Shown here: one piece after another, positions 9,806 through 19,757 of the stretch
Position numbering within the stretch: position 1 is the stretch's first letter
Layout of the letters: each line of letters opens with the position of its first letter
Assembly: GCA_003345545.1 (NCBI GenBank)
Contig: PRDH01000069.1
Span: forward strand, 1 to 44,581
Source of the DNA: Candidatus Thorarchaeota archaeon
GTDB lineage: Archaea; Asgardarchaeota; Thorarchaeia; Thorarchaeales; Thorarchaeaceae
DNA length: 44,581 nucleotides
Direction: 5' to 3'
The notes under the pieces: generated by a model
Databases searched by the model: none
Told to the model about the DNA's origin: nothing
What the model saw: the letters and a program-made list of their open reading frames with translations, nothing else
Made by a program: the position numbers and the translations under genes

Positions 9806-9923
9806 ACTTGCCTGCCTACCCACTACAGGACGTGAGTTACCTACGAAAGACATCAACCCGTCCGCATTTCATTGGCCCTTATAGCAGAAATATAAAAGTC
9901 CACAAGGGGAATGGTCTTCTCCA

Positions 9924-11312
9924 ATGTCAAAAAGCACTCATGGAAGGGCAACGACAATCATGAAGCTAAGGCTTCTCTTCCACGAGTATTACCTAGAAGG
10001 CCCTCAATCCTTAGATGTACCAGAGAGAATCAACGCCCGAGAGTTTGCTTTGCAGACTTGGGAGCATAACTGGCACTGCATAGAACGGAGAGGTAAAGAC
10101 GACTCGGGCAAAGAAACTCGAACTGGCTGTGGGAAATCAGGAAAGTCTTTCCAGCCTCTGAAGGAGTGCCCGAACTGCGGGTCTGGAGAGGTCAAATCCA
10201 CCAGTTGGATTCGACATGTTGGATACCGGTCTCGAGATGAGCTCTTGGCAGGTCTGGCCAACTCTGCACCTCAGAGTGTGTACCATTCTGCAGCATTCTA
10301 TGGTGTTCCTATTGCAGCACACATGCATGAAAAGGAGTGGCAGGGCGCAGAGCTAGTCTTCGATATAGACGCAGACCACTTGGATCTGAAATGTGCGAAT
10401 GACCACGATGCGTGGCGGTGCAATAACGTGGACTGCCATAAGACAGGAACTGGGACTGCACCGGAAACCTGCCCGGTCTGTGGAAACAGTAGTTTCAGTA
10501 CGAGGAAATGGATCTGCGATAAGTGCCTCAATGCAGCACGTAAGTACACCAAGAAGCTCTATGACGATTTCTTGGTAGGGGACTTCGGATTTGATCCAAA
10601 GAAGATTCAACTCAATTACAGTGGACATAGAGGCTACCACGTGCGAGTTCGCGACCCTCAAATATACTCATTGGACTCCAATGCGCGCGTAGAGATAGTC
10701 CACTATGTGATGGGCCTCGGATTCAAAAGCGATAGGGTCATAGTCACTGAGCATGGCGTTGATTTGATACCAAGCCGCGATGTCCCTGGCTGGACTGGAC
10801 GGGTTGCTGATGCCATGATTGAGTTCATCCAAGATATCGACTCGTACCCGGGTACAGAGAAATGGGTCCCTGCCCTGAAGAATCATAGGGCTGCTGCAGT
10901 GGATGGTCTCAAACGAACCCGACCAGTCTTGAGCAAGAACGTGAAGGGAGTTGGTGTCAAGTCTTGGCAGGAGATTGCAGAGAAGGCAGTCGAGCGCTAT
11001 GGTAGTGAAATCGATAGACCTGTTACTCATGATATTCACCGGGTCATTCGTCTCATTGGGAGTCTGAATGGAAAGACTGGGTTTGTCGCATCTTCACTCA
11101 CACGCGACAACCTTGACGATTTTGATCCATTCAGCGAATCAATTGCCTTTAATCAAGGCACGATGAAGGTCATATTTCACAAAGGGTCGAATGTTCCCTC
11201 ATTCAAGATTGGCAGCGAGGTCTACGGTCCATATACGAAGGAAGAAACAGTGGAGTTGCCCATGGCTGCTGCAGTGTTTGTCCTCTGTAAGGGGGTTGCA
11301 TCGATTGAGTGA
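9924..11312 (+). CDS. priS: DNA primase catalytic (small) subunit with Zn-ribbon insertions
   Basis: REFA, ELVFDIDAD, YSGHRGYH, ID.PVT.DIHRVIRL.GSLNGKTG AEP motifs; lies between PCNA and GINS. Confidence 0.95.
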   Translation: MSKSTHGRATTIMKLRLLFHEYYLEGPQSLDVPERINAREFALQTWEHNWHCIERRGKDDSGKETRTGCGKSGKSFQPLKECPNCGSGEVKSTSWIRHVGYRSRDELLAGLANSAPQSVYHSAAFYGVPIAAHMHEKEWQGAELVFDIDADHLDLKCANDHDAWRCNNVDCHKTGTGTAPETCPVCGNSSFSTRKWICDKCLNAARKYTKKLYDDFLVGDFGFDPKKIQLNYSGHRGYHVRVRDPQIYSLDSNARVEIVHYVMGLGFKSDRVIVTEHGVDLIPSRDVPGWTGRVADAMIEFIQDIDSYPGTEKWVPALKNHRAAAVDGLKRTRPVLSKNVKGVGVKSWQEIAEKAVERYGSEIDRPVTHDIHRVIRLIGSLNGKTGFVASSLTRDNLDDFDPFSESIAFNQGTMKVIFHKGSNVPSFKIGSEVYGPYTKEETVELPMAAAVFVLCKGVASIE

Positions 11313-11952
11313 AATGAATTACAACGATATCAAGAGCGCCTGGGAAGATGAAACAGAGAAAGAAGCCCTCCAGAATCTTGCGGATCTTCGACTTAGCAAG
11401 ATGATTCAGTATCTCTCTAGCGTACGTCTATCACTTGCAGCAACCAGTGCGGATGAACCCCTTCAAGCCGACATATTGACCCAAGAGGCACTGAATCTAG
11501 AGTTTATGTTTGAAGATCTACTGGCACTTCGAAGAGATAAGATAGTTAAATCGGCACTTGTTGGACGGCGTCCAACAGGCGATATGACCCTTGCTGAGGA
11601 GGAGTTCTATAATAGGACCCAGCGTGCATTTGATGGTCACTCAGAGTTCATGAAGGAGTCGCTCACAGGATCGGTTTCATCTCAACCAAAGGCCAGGCCG
11701 AAAAAGGGCAAGGAGGTAAAGGAGCGAACCGAGGCAGTCTCAGTCAAGGCGCCTGATGAGATGGACTATGTTGTCGTGAGATTTCTCCGACCTATTGATG
11801 ATGCCTTCATGGGACTTGACGAACTGACCTATGGCCCATTCAAGAAAGAGGATGTCGCTACAATACCTGCTGCAAATGCGAGAATTTGGTTGCGTGATGG
11901 CACTGTGGCTCGTGTAGTGCTTGAGGAAGGTGTTGTAGTAGATGAAAAATGA
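11305..11952 (+). CDS. GINS complex subunit Gins15/Gins51
   Basis: Helical A-domain (LRRDKIV, MTLAEEEFY) plus B-domain VVRFL..FMGLD..YGPFKKEDVATIP..NA; follows priS. Confidence 0.9.
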   Translation: MSEMNYNDIKSAWEDETEKEALQNLADLRLSKMIQYLSSVRLSLAATSADEPLQADILTQEALNLEFMFEDLLALRRDKIVKSALVGRRPTGDMTLAEEEFYNRTQRAFDGHSEFMKESLTGSVSSQPKARPKKGKEVKERTEAVSVKAPDEMDYVVVRFLRPIDDAFMGLDELTYGPFKKEDVATIPAANARIWLRDGTVARVVLEEGVVVDEK

Positions 11953-12238
11953 GCAGGTCATTGATGAACTGAACAGCCTCCTCAAGTTCCTGAATGAGCA
12001 ACTGGATGAGATCAAGGCTCTCCATGAGAAATTTCTAGTCGCTCTTACGGGAGTTCTCAGACTAGCAAACGATGATGACTCTTTATTGACAAAGCTCCAC
12101 GGCGAACCAGAGAATCTCAAGTCCTACCTGATTCAGATGGCCATGAGAATGTCCGATACAACTACGCAATCCTATGAGACTATTAGAAAAAAAATTGAAA
12201 CCATAATCGGCTCAACACCCACGGACAGAAAGTCCTAA
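11942..12238 (+). CDS. Hypothetical helical protein overlapping the GINS stop
   Basis: 98-aa amphipathic helical ORF with an 11-bp overlap. Confidence 0.7.
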   Translation: MKNEQVIDELNSLLKFLNEQLDEIKALHEKFLVALTGVLRLANDDDSLLTKLHGEPENLKSYLIQMAMRMSDTTTQSYETIRKKIETIIGSTPTDRKS

Positions 12239-12263
12239 GAGTCAATGAGTTCAGACACAATTC

Positions 12264-12455
12264 ATGCTCGGTCGCCGAACGCTCTTTCTGGTTATTGGAT
12301 TCATCTGCATTGCACTAACCGTAATTGGCGGTCTGATGTACCCTATGAATACAATGAGCATCTTCGAGTTCAGCGCCTATGTCTTGACCGTGTCCCTTGG
12401 TATAGTTGGTCTGCTGTTTCTACTTCACCAAAGAGGCTTTGATGAATCCCTTTGA
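12264..12455 (+). CDS. Small two-TM membrane protein
   Basis: Two hydrophobic segments in 63 aa. Confidence 0.6.
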   Translation: MLGRRTLFLVIGFICIALTVIGGLMYPMNTMSIFEFSAYVLTVSLGIVGLLFLLHQRGFDESL

Positions 12456-12559
12456 ATCGACTCTGCAGTCAATGTGTCATGTCTATAAACTTTTAATACA
12501 GGCTTGGAATGCGCACTGCAACTGGCGAAGTGATTTGTCGCATGCATGTGGTGTACACC

Positions 12560-13102
12560 ATGGCTGAAACTGAAGAACGGACTGGTCCTCCTGTCACACT
12601 TATCGACCCCATTGATATGTCGAAACTGGACACAAAGTTTCGAGAGGAAATCAAGAGCATGCCAAATGGCGAGGAACTGTCGGCCTGTTTTGCGTGTTCG
12701 ACTTGCACTGCTGCTTGTCCAATTGCGAACATATGGAAATACAAGCCACATCAGTTGATCCGAATGATGCTTCTGGGGATGCGTGAAGAGGTCCTCATGT
12801 CCAATGAGATTTGGCTCTGTCTGACATGTTACCAATGTCAGGAGCGGTGTCCTCAGAAGGTTCGCGTGACTGACATCTTTTTCGATTGCAAGAACTTGGC
12901 TGCAGAGCAAGGCAAGGTTCCGCCGAAGGTTGTCGCACTTGCCAAGGAACTGCTTACTAAAGGTCAACTGTACTCAGTGACTGCAGACTGGGAACGAGAA
13001 GACATGGGCTTAGAACCTGCGGTTCCAGGTCTCTCAGTTGAAGCTGTGAAGACCATCCTCGGGAGTACTCGAACAAAGAGACTTGCGGGTGGTGAGGAAT
13101 AA
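12560..13102 (+). CDS. hdrC: Heterodisulfide reductase subunit C
   Basis: CFACSTCTAACP and IWLCLTCYQCQERCP 2x[4Fe-4S]. Confidence 0.95.
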   Translation: MAETEERTGPPVTLIDPIDMSKLDTKFREEIKSMPNGEELSACFACSTCTAACPIANIWKYKPHQLIRMMLLGMREEVLMSNEIWLCLTCYQCQERCPQKVRVTDIFFDCKNLAAEQGKVPPKVVALAKELLTKGQLYSVTADWEREDMGLEPAVPGLSVEAVKTILGSTRTKRLAGGEE

Positions 13103-13103
13103 G

Positions 13104-13970
13104 ATGCCCGTCTACAATCTATACATCGGCTGCAGCGTCCCCGTGAACTATCCGAATTATGAGGCCGCCATGCATAGAGTAGCTCAGGCTTTCGATATGG
13201 AACTTCTGTATATGGAGGGAGTGGCATGCTGTGGAAGTCCGAATCTGAGAGCCATCGACCATATGGGCTGGGTAACGGTCAATGCAAGGACCCTTGCAAT
13301 TGCTGATAAGAATGGTCATGATATTGTCACCCCCTGCAATGGCTGCTTCGGATCCCTAAAGGATGTCTATCACCTTCTCAAACACGATGACAAGCTCAGA
13401 AACAAGATTAACCAAGTGCTGAAGAAAGAAGGTCTTGAATTCAAGGGAACAACAACACCGCGTCATTTCGTTGAAACGCTCTATAATGATATTGGAATTG
13501 AGGAAATCGAGAGGAAGATTACGAAGCCCCTGGATGGAGTAGGAATTGCGATACACTATGGCTGCCATCTTCTTCGTCCCGTGGATGTCACTGAGTTCAA
13601 GCCCGAATATCTTAAAGAATTAGTTGAAGTCACAGGTGCAACAGTTGTGGAGTATCCATTATGGAAGCAGTGCTGCGGAGCCACTGTGCTACCAGTAGAT
13701 GAATCTCTTGGAATACGTCTTGCTCGTGATAAGCTGAAATCCATGAAAGAGGCTGGAGCTGTCTTTGCGACCGTGGTATGTCCTGCGTGTGGCAATCAAT
13801 TGGACCTACAACAGCTTGGTCTCAAGGAATCATACGGAGAGGAGTACAGTCTCCCTGTGTTACTCTATCCCCAGATACTGGGGTTGGCAATTGGACTTGA
13901 TGAACAAGCAGTTGGGCTCAGCATGAATAGGGTTCCTGCCAATCCAATTCTTAGCCATCTAGGTAGCTGA
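13104..13970 (+). CDS. hdrB: Heterodisulfide reductase subunit B
   Basis: Two CCG domains: GC..CCG..PCNGC and HYGCH..CCG..CPAC. Confidence 0.95.
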   Translation: MPVYNLYIGCSVPVNYPNYEAAMHRVAQAFDMELLYMEGVACCGSPNLRAIDHMGWVTVNARTLAIADKNGHDIVTPCNGCFGSLKDVYHLLKHDDKLRNKINQVLKKEGLEFKGTTTPRHFVETLYNDIGIEEIERKITKPLDGVGIAIHYGCHLLRPVDVTEFKPEYLKELVEVTGATVVEYPLWKQCCGATVLPVDESLGIRLARDKLKSMKEAGAVFATVVCPACGNQLDLQQLGLKESYGEEYSLPVLLYPQILGLAIGLDEQAVGLSMNRVPANPILSHLGS

Positions 13971-13983
13971 GGTGTGATTCATT

Positions 13984-15228
13984 ATGTCCAACCCAGTTCT
14001 TGTAATTGGTGCTGGTGTTGCAGGGATGACAGCAGCAATCGAGCTAGCAGACTCAGGAGTCAAGACAGTGCTTGTCGAGGAGCTCTCTACAACTGGTGGA
14101 AACGCTCTCGACTTGTACAAAGCCTTCCCCACTGATGACTGTTTTTATTGCTTTGAAGGAAATCGTTGGCGTCCCGGAATCCGAAAGTGTTTCTATAGGA
14201 GCGCATTGATAGACCAACCGAATATTGACCTGAAGATGAACAGTCGGGTGGAAGAGATATCCGGCAATCCGGGTAATTTTGGTATAGTACTTGCCATTGG
14301 ACCGCAGTACATTGATCCGATGAAATGCACCTTATGTGGCCTCTGTCTTGAGAAATCTAAATCCTTCAGTCTTGTGTCAGTGCAGTGTCAACCACAGGCT
14401 GTCATCTACAATCCCGACTCAAGAGACGAAGGCACTCAAATCGCTGCGAAAGAATGTCCTACACAGGCAATCAATCTTGATGCACAGGCCTCCAAAGAGA
14501 CAATCACCGTTTCTGATATCATCATAGCCACAGGCTTTCACGAGATGAAACCGTCAGCCATTGATGAGTATGGTTATGGTACGCACCCCAACATAATCAC
14601 ACAGCTTGAGTTGGCTAAGCTCTTAGACCCAAATGGTCCATCTGGAGGTGTACTTCTACGCCCATCTGACGGAGATCCGGCTAGACGAGTGATGATGATT
14701 CAATGTGTAGGTAGCAGAGATGAGAACTACTATCCCTACTGCTCAAAGATATGCTGCATATTTGCTCTGAAACATGCGAATATTCTGACCCGGGAGCGCG
14801 AGAATGTAGGAGTCAGTGTGGTCTACATGGACATACGAACCTACGACAGATATGAGAGATACTATCGTGAAACAAGGGAGTCCGGTGTTGAATATATTCG
14901 AGGACGAGTTTCACGTGTTACTCCCCAAGAAGATGGCAGCCTCTCTATAGTAGTGTACGATTCCCTCTTGAATACGTATCTCCGGTTCTCGGCAGACTTG
15001 TTTGTGCTGTCCTCTGCATTAGAGCCCTCTGCAGGAAGTGGACACATCATAGAAACTCTCAGACTGAAGTCTGCTAGCGGATTCATCGGCCCGCTATCTG
15101 CTGATGATCCGGTTGTTGTCGGAAACCATGTGTTTGCTTGTGGTACTGCGCTTGGCCCCGCTGAGGTCCCTGAGAGCGTCACGCAAGCACGGGCTGTTGT
15201 TTCTAAGATACTGCAGAGCAGGAAGTGA
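13984..15228 (+). CDS. hdrA: HdrA-family flavoprotein, short (QmoA-like architecture)
   Basis: GAGVAG FAD fold, FPTDDC..C, inserted ferredoxin CTLCGLC..CP, QCVGSRD..CSKICC; 414 aa with no N-terminal Cys domain. Confidence 0.88.
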   Translation: MSNPVLVIGAGVAGMTAAIELADSGVKTVLVEELSTTGGNALDLYKAFPTDDCFYCFEGNRWRPGIRKCFYRSALIDQPNIDLKMNSRVEEISGNPGNFGIVLAIGPQYIDPMKCTLCGLCLEKSKSFSLVSVQCQPQAVIYNPDSRDEGTQIAAKECPTQAINLDAQASKETITVSDIIIATGFHEMKPSAIDEYGYGTHPNIITQLELAKLLDPNGPSGGVLLRPSDGDPARRVMMIQCVGSRDENYYPYCSKICCIFALKHANILTRERENVGVSVVYMDIRTYDRYERYYRETRESGVEYIRGRVSRVTPQEDGSLSIVVYDSLLNTYLRFSADLFVLSSALEPSAGSGHIIETLRLKSASGFIGPLSADDPVVVGNHVFACGTALGPAEVPESVTQARAVVSKILQSRK

Positions 15229-15235
15229 TGCTAAG

Positions 15236-17404
15236 ATGAACAACGACAACAAATCAGCAGTCCTCCTATGCACCTGCGGAAAACAACTACCGCTCTTGTT
15301 TGACTTTCTGCAATCTGAGATTGACAAGATTGGCTCTGCTGCTTCGACTACGGTACACGATCAAGTATGTCAAGAGGCAGGCCTGACCAAGATTGCCGGA
15401 CTCTTAAAGGCAAATGGAGGTCGTCTTGTAATTGCAGCGTGCACCAGCCAGAAGATACAGCCTCGTATCAGCAGATATCTCAAAGAACAGGGAATTGATG
15501 GATCCCAGATTCAATATGTCAATATTCGAGAGCATTCTGCTTGGGTACACCGCGATGCTACGAAAGCAAGCAAGAAGTCTCTCGACATGATTCGTGGGGC
15601 CATTGCGAGGTCAAGAATCTCAGTACCCCTCCCATTAGAGAGCAAAGAAGTCAGTAGACATGTGACAGTGATAGGTGGCGGAATTGCTGGTATCGAGTCT
15701 GCATTAAGCCTCTCGAATCTTGGCTATGAAGTGGCCCTCCTTGAATCCAGCGATCGACTTGGTGGTCATCTTCTATACCTTCCAATGGTTGCTCCCTCCG
15801 GTAAATCGGGCATGGAAGTCCTGAGCGGAAGACTGGAAGCTATTAAGAGTGATGCTGGTATCACTGTGATGACAAGAACCTCGGTCAAATATGTGACCGG
15901 GGAAATGGGTGACTTCGCTGTAAAGTATGTCACAGAAGGCGATGATGAGAAGTCTATTAGGACCTCGGCCGTCGTCCTTGCAATGGGCTTCAAGGAATTT
16001 GAGCCAATTGGAATGGATGAGTACAGATACGGGAAGAATCCCGATGTGATCACCCAGTTTCAGCTTTCCCGCATGCTCTCCGAGGATGTTCTTGGCAGGC
16101 CATCTGATAACAGTCCCATCAAGGAGGTTGTCATGGTTCAGTGCGTAGGAAGCAGGTCCGAAGACTACAAACGTGACTGCAGCAAACTTTGCTGCACCTT
16201 TGCCATCGACAACTCCTTGGAACTCATAAAACGGATACCTGATGTCACTGTTCATGTCGTTTACATGGACATTCGAGTGCCCTTTGAGAATGAGATGGTC
16301 TACAAGGAATCTCGTGATAAGGGGGTAGACTATATCCGCGGGCGAATCAGTATGGTCTGGGAGCATGATGGCAAGACCCATGTCAGGATCTATGACTCTC
16401 TGATGGACCAGTATCTAGAGGTTCCCGCTGACTTGCTTGTTCTCTCAACTGCAATACTTCCTCCTGATGGAGTTGTAGAGCTGTCTGAAACCCTTGGCTA
16501 TGCAATTGAAGATGATGGACATGTGAAGGAACTCTACGGCAAACTTAGACGCAACGAAACTCGTCGGCGTGGGGTTGTTGCTGTCGGAGGAGTCACGCGC
16601 CCACAGTTTGTGTCTGAAGCCATCATAGATGCTCAGGCCGGAGCTCTCATGGTCCACAACGAGCTACACGGTGGAGCAATTCAATCAGTCGCACGTGGAG
16701 CTGTTCTTGACGTAGATGACTGTGTTGGATGTAGCCTCTGCGCCCAGCAGTGCCCTCGTGGAGTCCCACTCATGATTGAACAGACAGAAGCAGAAGAATC
16801 TGATGAAGAACAAAAGATTCTCTTCAAGGCTGCACTTGATACACTGAATTGCCACGCATGTGGGGTGTGTCAGAGCCTATGTCCTTCTGGAGCTACTCAG
16901 CTCAATTTTCTCTCCAACGAACAATTGTGGTCCGAGATAGCCGCAGTACTTCAGGATGCAGGGCCAGAGGATCCGATTACGCTATGTTTCTATTGCGAGG
17001 AATGTTCGGTATCGACAATAGATATTGTCGGAATCAGGAGAATGGAATACCCTGCTAGTACACGTCTGATACCAGTTCCTTGTGCCGGTCGTGTGAGTAT
17101 CATAGACATTCTCAAGGCTTTTGAACATGGTACTAGCACGGTGATGATTGCGGCATGTGAGAAGGACCGTTGTCATATTGGGGGGACTGGCAATGAGATT
17201 GCTCAGGTACAAGTCGATGTCGCTCGAGACATTCTGGATGCCATTGGTTGGAAGGGAGAACGTGTCGACATGTTCAGAATGTTCAGCGCAGAGCCTGAAC
17301 GCTTTACTAAAGCTGTTAATGAGATGGTAAAGCGCGCCAAAGATCTGGGTCCCACGCCTGTTCATGATGGCACTGCTGGCAAATGGAGGGAGGCGAGCAA
17401 GTGA
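15236..17404 (+). CDS. hdrA: HdrA-MvhD fusion (QmoB-like architecture)
   Basis: N-terminal CTCG/AAC/NIREH domain, GGGIAG, QCVGSR..CSKLCC, 2x[4Fe-4S], C-terminal MvhD (CEEC, VPCAGRV, C..DRCH). Confidence 0.9.
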   Translation: MNNDNKSAVLLCTCGKQLPLLFDFLQSEIDKIGSAASTTVHDQVCQEAGLTKIAGLLKANGGRLVIAACTSQKIQPRISRYLKEQGIDGSQIQYVNIREHSAWVHRDATKASKKSLDMIRGAIARSRISVPLPLESKEVSRHVTVIGGGIAGIESALSLSNLGYEVALLESSDRLGGHLLYLPMVAPSGKSGMEVLSGRLEAIKSDAGITVMTRTSVKYVTGEMGDFAVKYVTEGDDEKSIRTSAVVLAMGFKEFEPIGMDEYRYGKNPDVITQFQLSRMLSEDVLGRPSDNSPIKEVVMVQCVGSRSEDYKRDCSKLCCTFAIDNSLELIKRIPDVTVHVVYMDIRVPFENEMVYKESRDKGVDYIRGRISMVWEHDGKTHVRIYDSLMDQYLEVPADLLVLSTAILPPDGVVELSETLGYAIEDDGHVKELYGKLRRNETRRRGVVAVGGVTRPQFVSEAIIDAQAGALMVHNELHGGAIQSVARGAVLDVDDCVGCSLCAQQCPRGVPLMIEQTEAEESDEEQKILFKAALDTLNCHACGVCQSLCPSGATQLNFLSNEQLWSEIAAVLQDAGPEDPITLCFYCEECSVSTIDIVGIRRMEYPASTRLIPVPCAGRVSIIDILKAFEHGTSTVMIAACEKDRCHIGGTGNEIAQVQVDVARDILDAIGWKGERVDMFRMFSAEPERFTKAVNEMVKRAKDLGPTPVHDGTAGKWREASK

Positions 17405-19665
17405 GTCAATCACCACCTGAGAAGGCTATTGCACCCAAGAGACAACGAATGTTGGATATGGTATTAGCACTGGGTGGGCTCCAAGAGGAGTCCACAATTC
17501 CCCTCAGCAGAGTCAAGGATGAACTTGAGAATCTAAAGACAGAGCTTGCACCCCTGACTGACACGATCATAGCCTTTCCCGAGTCTTATTTTGACAAGTT
17601 CTTGGATGCTGCAAAGAAGAGTAACATTGTTGCTGAGATAAACGATCGAGGTATTCTGAAGCAGTCAATCTCGAATCTTGAGCAGGCACTGTCAAAAGGC
17701 GAATCGGTGTCACTAAAGGCGCTGAACAAGATACTTGCAGACACACTCGGCAGAATGACTGAGGTAAAGGAACACCAAGAAACCCGCGTAGAAATCGATA
17801 TGACCGCAACTATCTCCACCATATCGAGTCTGGTTTCTGAAATAGAGTCAATCACAGATGGCTTCGAGAAAGCCGCTAAGACAGAGGCTGAGTCTGCCAG
17901 ATCTGAATTAGTCACGCTCGTTGAGTCCCTTGAAAGCGTAAGAGAAAAAGCCGAAACAGATCCTGACACAGCTCTGGATGAGCTTCAAAAGTTAGGGTCT
18001 CAGACTCGTTACGGTCCAGGACTGAGAGCAATTGCACAAGTGAAACGAGGGAAGCGAGAAGGTCGGATTGATGATGCGCGGTTCAACAAGCTGGTCAAAG
18101 AGAATGCGCTCACCGAGGTCAACCGTGGAGTAATCCTGTTCATACTCAACAAAATGGGATCTAAGACCGTCGTACAGGTCGGAGAACTCATGCACACGCC
18201 CTCTCAAGATGTACAGAGTGCTCTCGTGACTATGATTCAGAGAGGAGAAATCGAGATGGTCGGCCTTGATAGTGATGCTCCTGTCTTTTCGAGAGTGCTC
18301 CCAGAAACGCCCAGCTCGACACTTCTTATGAAAAGGATTGTTCGACAGGTACGGGGGATGGCAAAATCCCTAGAAGGCGGGACCGCAGAGGCCGTGAATG
18401 AGCTACTTGGCAAGTTACAAATATTACTCAAACGCCTGCAGATTCTTGGGACCTACAACGAAGCTCTTCTATCTGAGCGTATCAACAAGCTTCGAGAAAC
18501 TGTTGATAGTGTCACCGAGGCAGTACTCGGTGCTCAGACTTCTGAGGATGCTGAGAATCTCAGGCTTCTCATTTCTGCCGGGCTTGAAGCATTTGCCCGC
18601 TTTCGTCTAAAAATTGCTCTAGAAAAGGGTCCCACCCTTGTATCAGATGGCAATGTCTACGGTGAAAAACTGGACCCTGAAGTCTACAAGGCCATGATGG
18701 ATACCTATCTTGATAATGAGCTTGAGAGAGGTACGATTCTGATTCTTATTCGGGAATTGGGAGCTCTCACAGCACATGACCTTGCAGAGAGAACGACTAT
18801 CCCACCAGATAGAATAGTCAGGCATCTACTCAGAATGAAGCGCGATGAACTTCTCACGATTGCTGGCGAGAATCATGGGTATATTCTCTATGATGTTCCG
18901 AGGGCTCTCTCAGAGGCTGAGATCACGATACAGACTACAAGTAGTCTGGCTCTGCAACTGTCTGAGGCCAAACAAGAGCTTCAGAGGATACTGGGCGATC
19001 TGAAAGCGACCGATATCGGCAGACTTGCCAACTCATTAGAAGTCTTTTCAAAGTCACGTGACAAGCTTGCATCAGTTCGTGTTCGTGGTACTGCAGTCGA
19101 TGAATCCACCTTGAAAGATGTGGAGGATAAGATACGGTCCGCAGTTTTACTCACCTATCGGACACGTGCTAAGATTCCAAGCACTAGACCAAAGGTGTCC
19201 ATCGAAGATCTATTGGATGTCGATGTACCGTCTGTGCTTGATGAGTACAGAAGCATGATGGGCTATGCGCCTCTTCTGGGGTTTGGAACAATAGAGTGGG
19301 AACAATCAAGGTGCCTCGGTTGCAAGTCATGTGAAATTGCTTGTCCAGAAGATGCAATTGAGCTGAAGCCACAAATTGAGATACCCCGATTCTTCGAGAT
19401 CTCTGACGATGCACTCTCCCAATTACCCTCAAACCGGTCCCTGTTCTACAAGACCATTCAGAGTCTCTCTACGATGAAGCCGATAAAGGAGATTCCCCTC
19501 GAAAAGGATGCTCCAGGATTTGGCACTATAGAGGTGGACCTCTGGTTATGCGTTGCTTGCCGTACGTGTGTAAGACGATGTCCAGGTCCTGAAGGCGGAG
19601 CCCTGGAGCTGGAGCTGAAATGGAGCCTGCCAGAGATAGTGAGGCATATCACATCGACATCATAG
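17401..19665 (+). CDS. Large coiled-coil protein with two winged-HTH modules and a C-terminal 2x[4Fe-4S] domain
   Basis: CLGCKSCEIACP and CVACRTCVRRCP; two wHTH-like segments; GTG overlaps the hdrA stop (GTGA). Confidence 0.85.
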   Translation: MSQSPPEKAIAPKRQRMLDMVLALGGLQEESTIPLSRVKDELENLKTELAPLTDTIIAFPESYFDKFLDAAKKSNIVAEINDRGILKQSISNLEQALSKGESVSLKALNKILADTLGRMTEVKEHQETRVEIDMTATISTISSLVSEIESITDGFEKAAKTEAESARSELVTLVESLESVREKAETDPDTALDELQKLGSQTRYGPGLRAIAQVKRGKREGRIDDARFNKLVKENALTEVNRGVILFILNKMGSKTVVQVGELMHTPSQDVQSALVTMIQRGEIEMVGLDSDAPVFSRVLPETPSSTLLMKRIVRQVRGMAKSLEGGTAEAVNELLGKLQILLKRLQILGTYNEALLSERINKLRETVDSVTEAVLGAQTSEDAENLRLLISAGLEAFARFRLKIALEKGPTLVSDGNVYGEKLDPEVYKAMMDTYLDNELERGTILILIRELGALTAHDLAERTTIPPDRIVRHLLRMKRDELLTIAGENHGYILYDVPRALSEAEITIQTTSSLALQLSEAKQELQRILGDLKATDIGRLANSLEVFSKSRDKLASVRVRGTAVDESTLKDVEDKIRSAVLLTYRTRAKIPSTRPKVSIEDLLDVDVPSVLDEYRSMMGYAPLLGFGTIEWEQSRCLGCKSCEIACPEDAIELKPQIEIPRFFEISDDALSQLPSNRSLFYKTIQSLSTMKPIKEIPLEKDAPGFGTIEVDLWLCVACRTCVRRCPGPEGGALELELKWSLPEIVRHITSTS

Positions 19666-19757
19666 TCCTGCAATTGGACGTCCTAGATACCATTTAGCAA
19701 CTGACTTATACCATTTGGTAAGGAGTCAAACGATGCATAATCCTCTGAGGGAACGTA

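Noticed and set aside
13984-17404. The two hdrA ORFs as one frameshifted gene
   Set aside because: Each has its own complete FAD domain and the second starts with a normal HdrA N-terminal Cys domain
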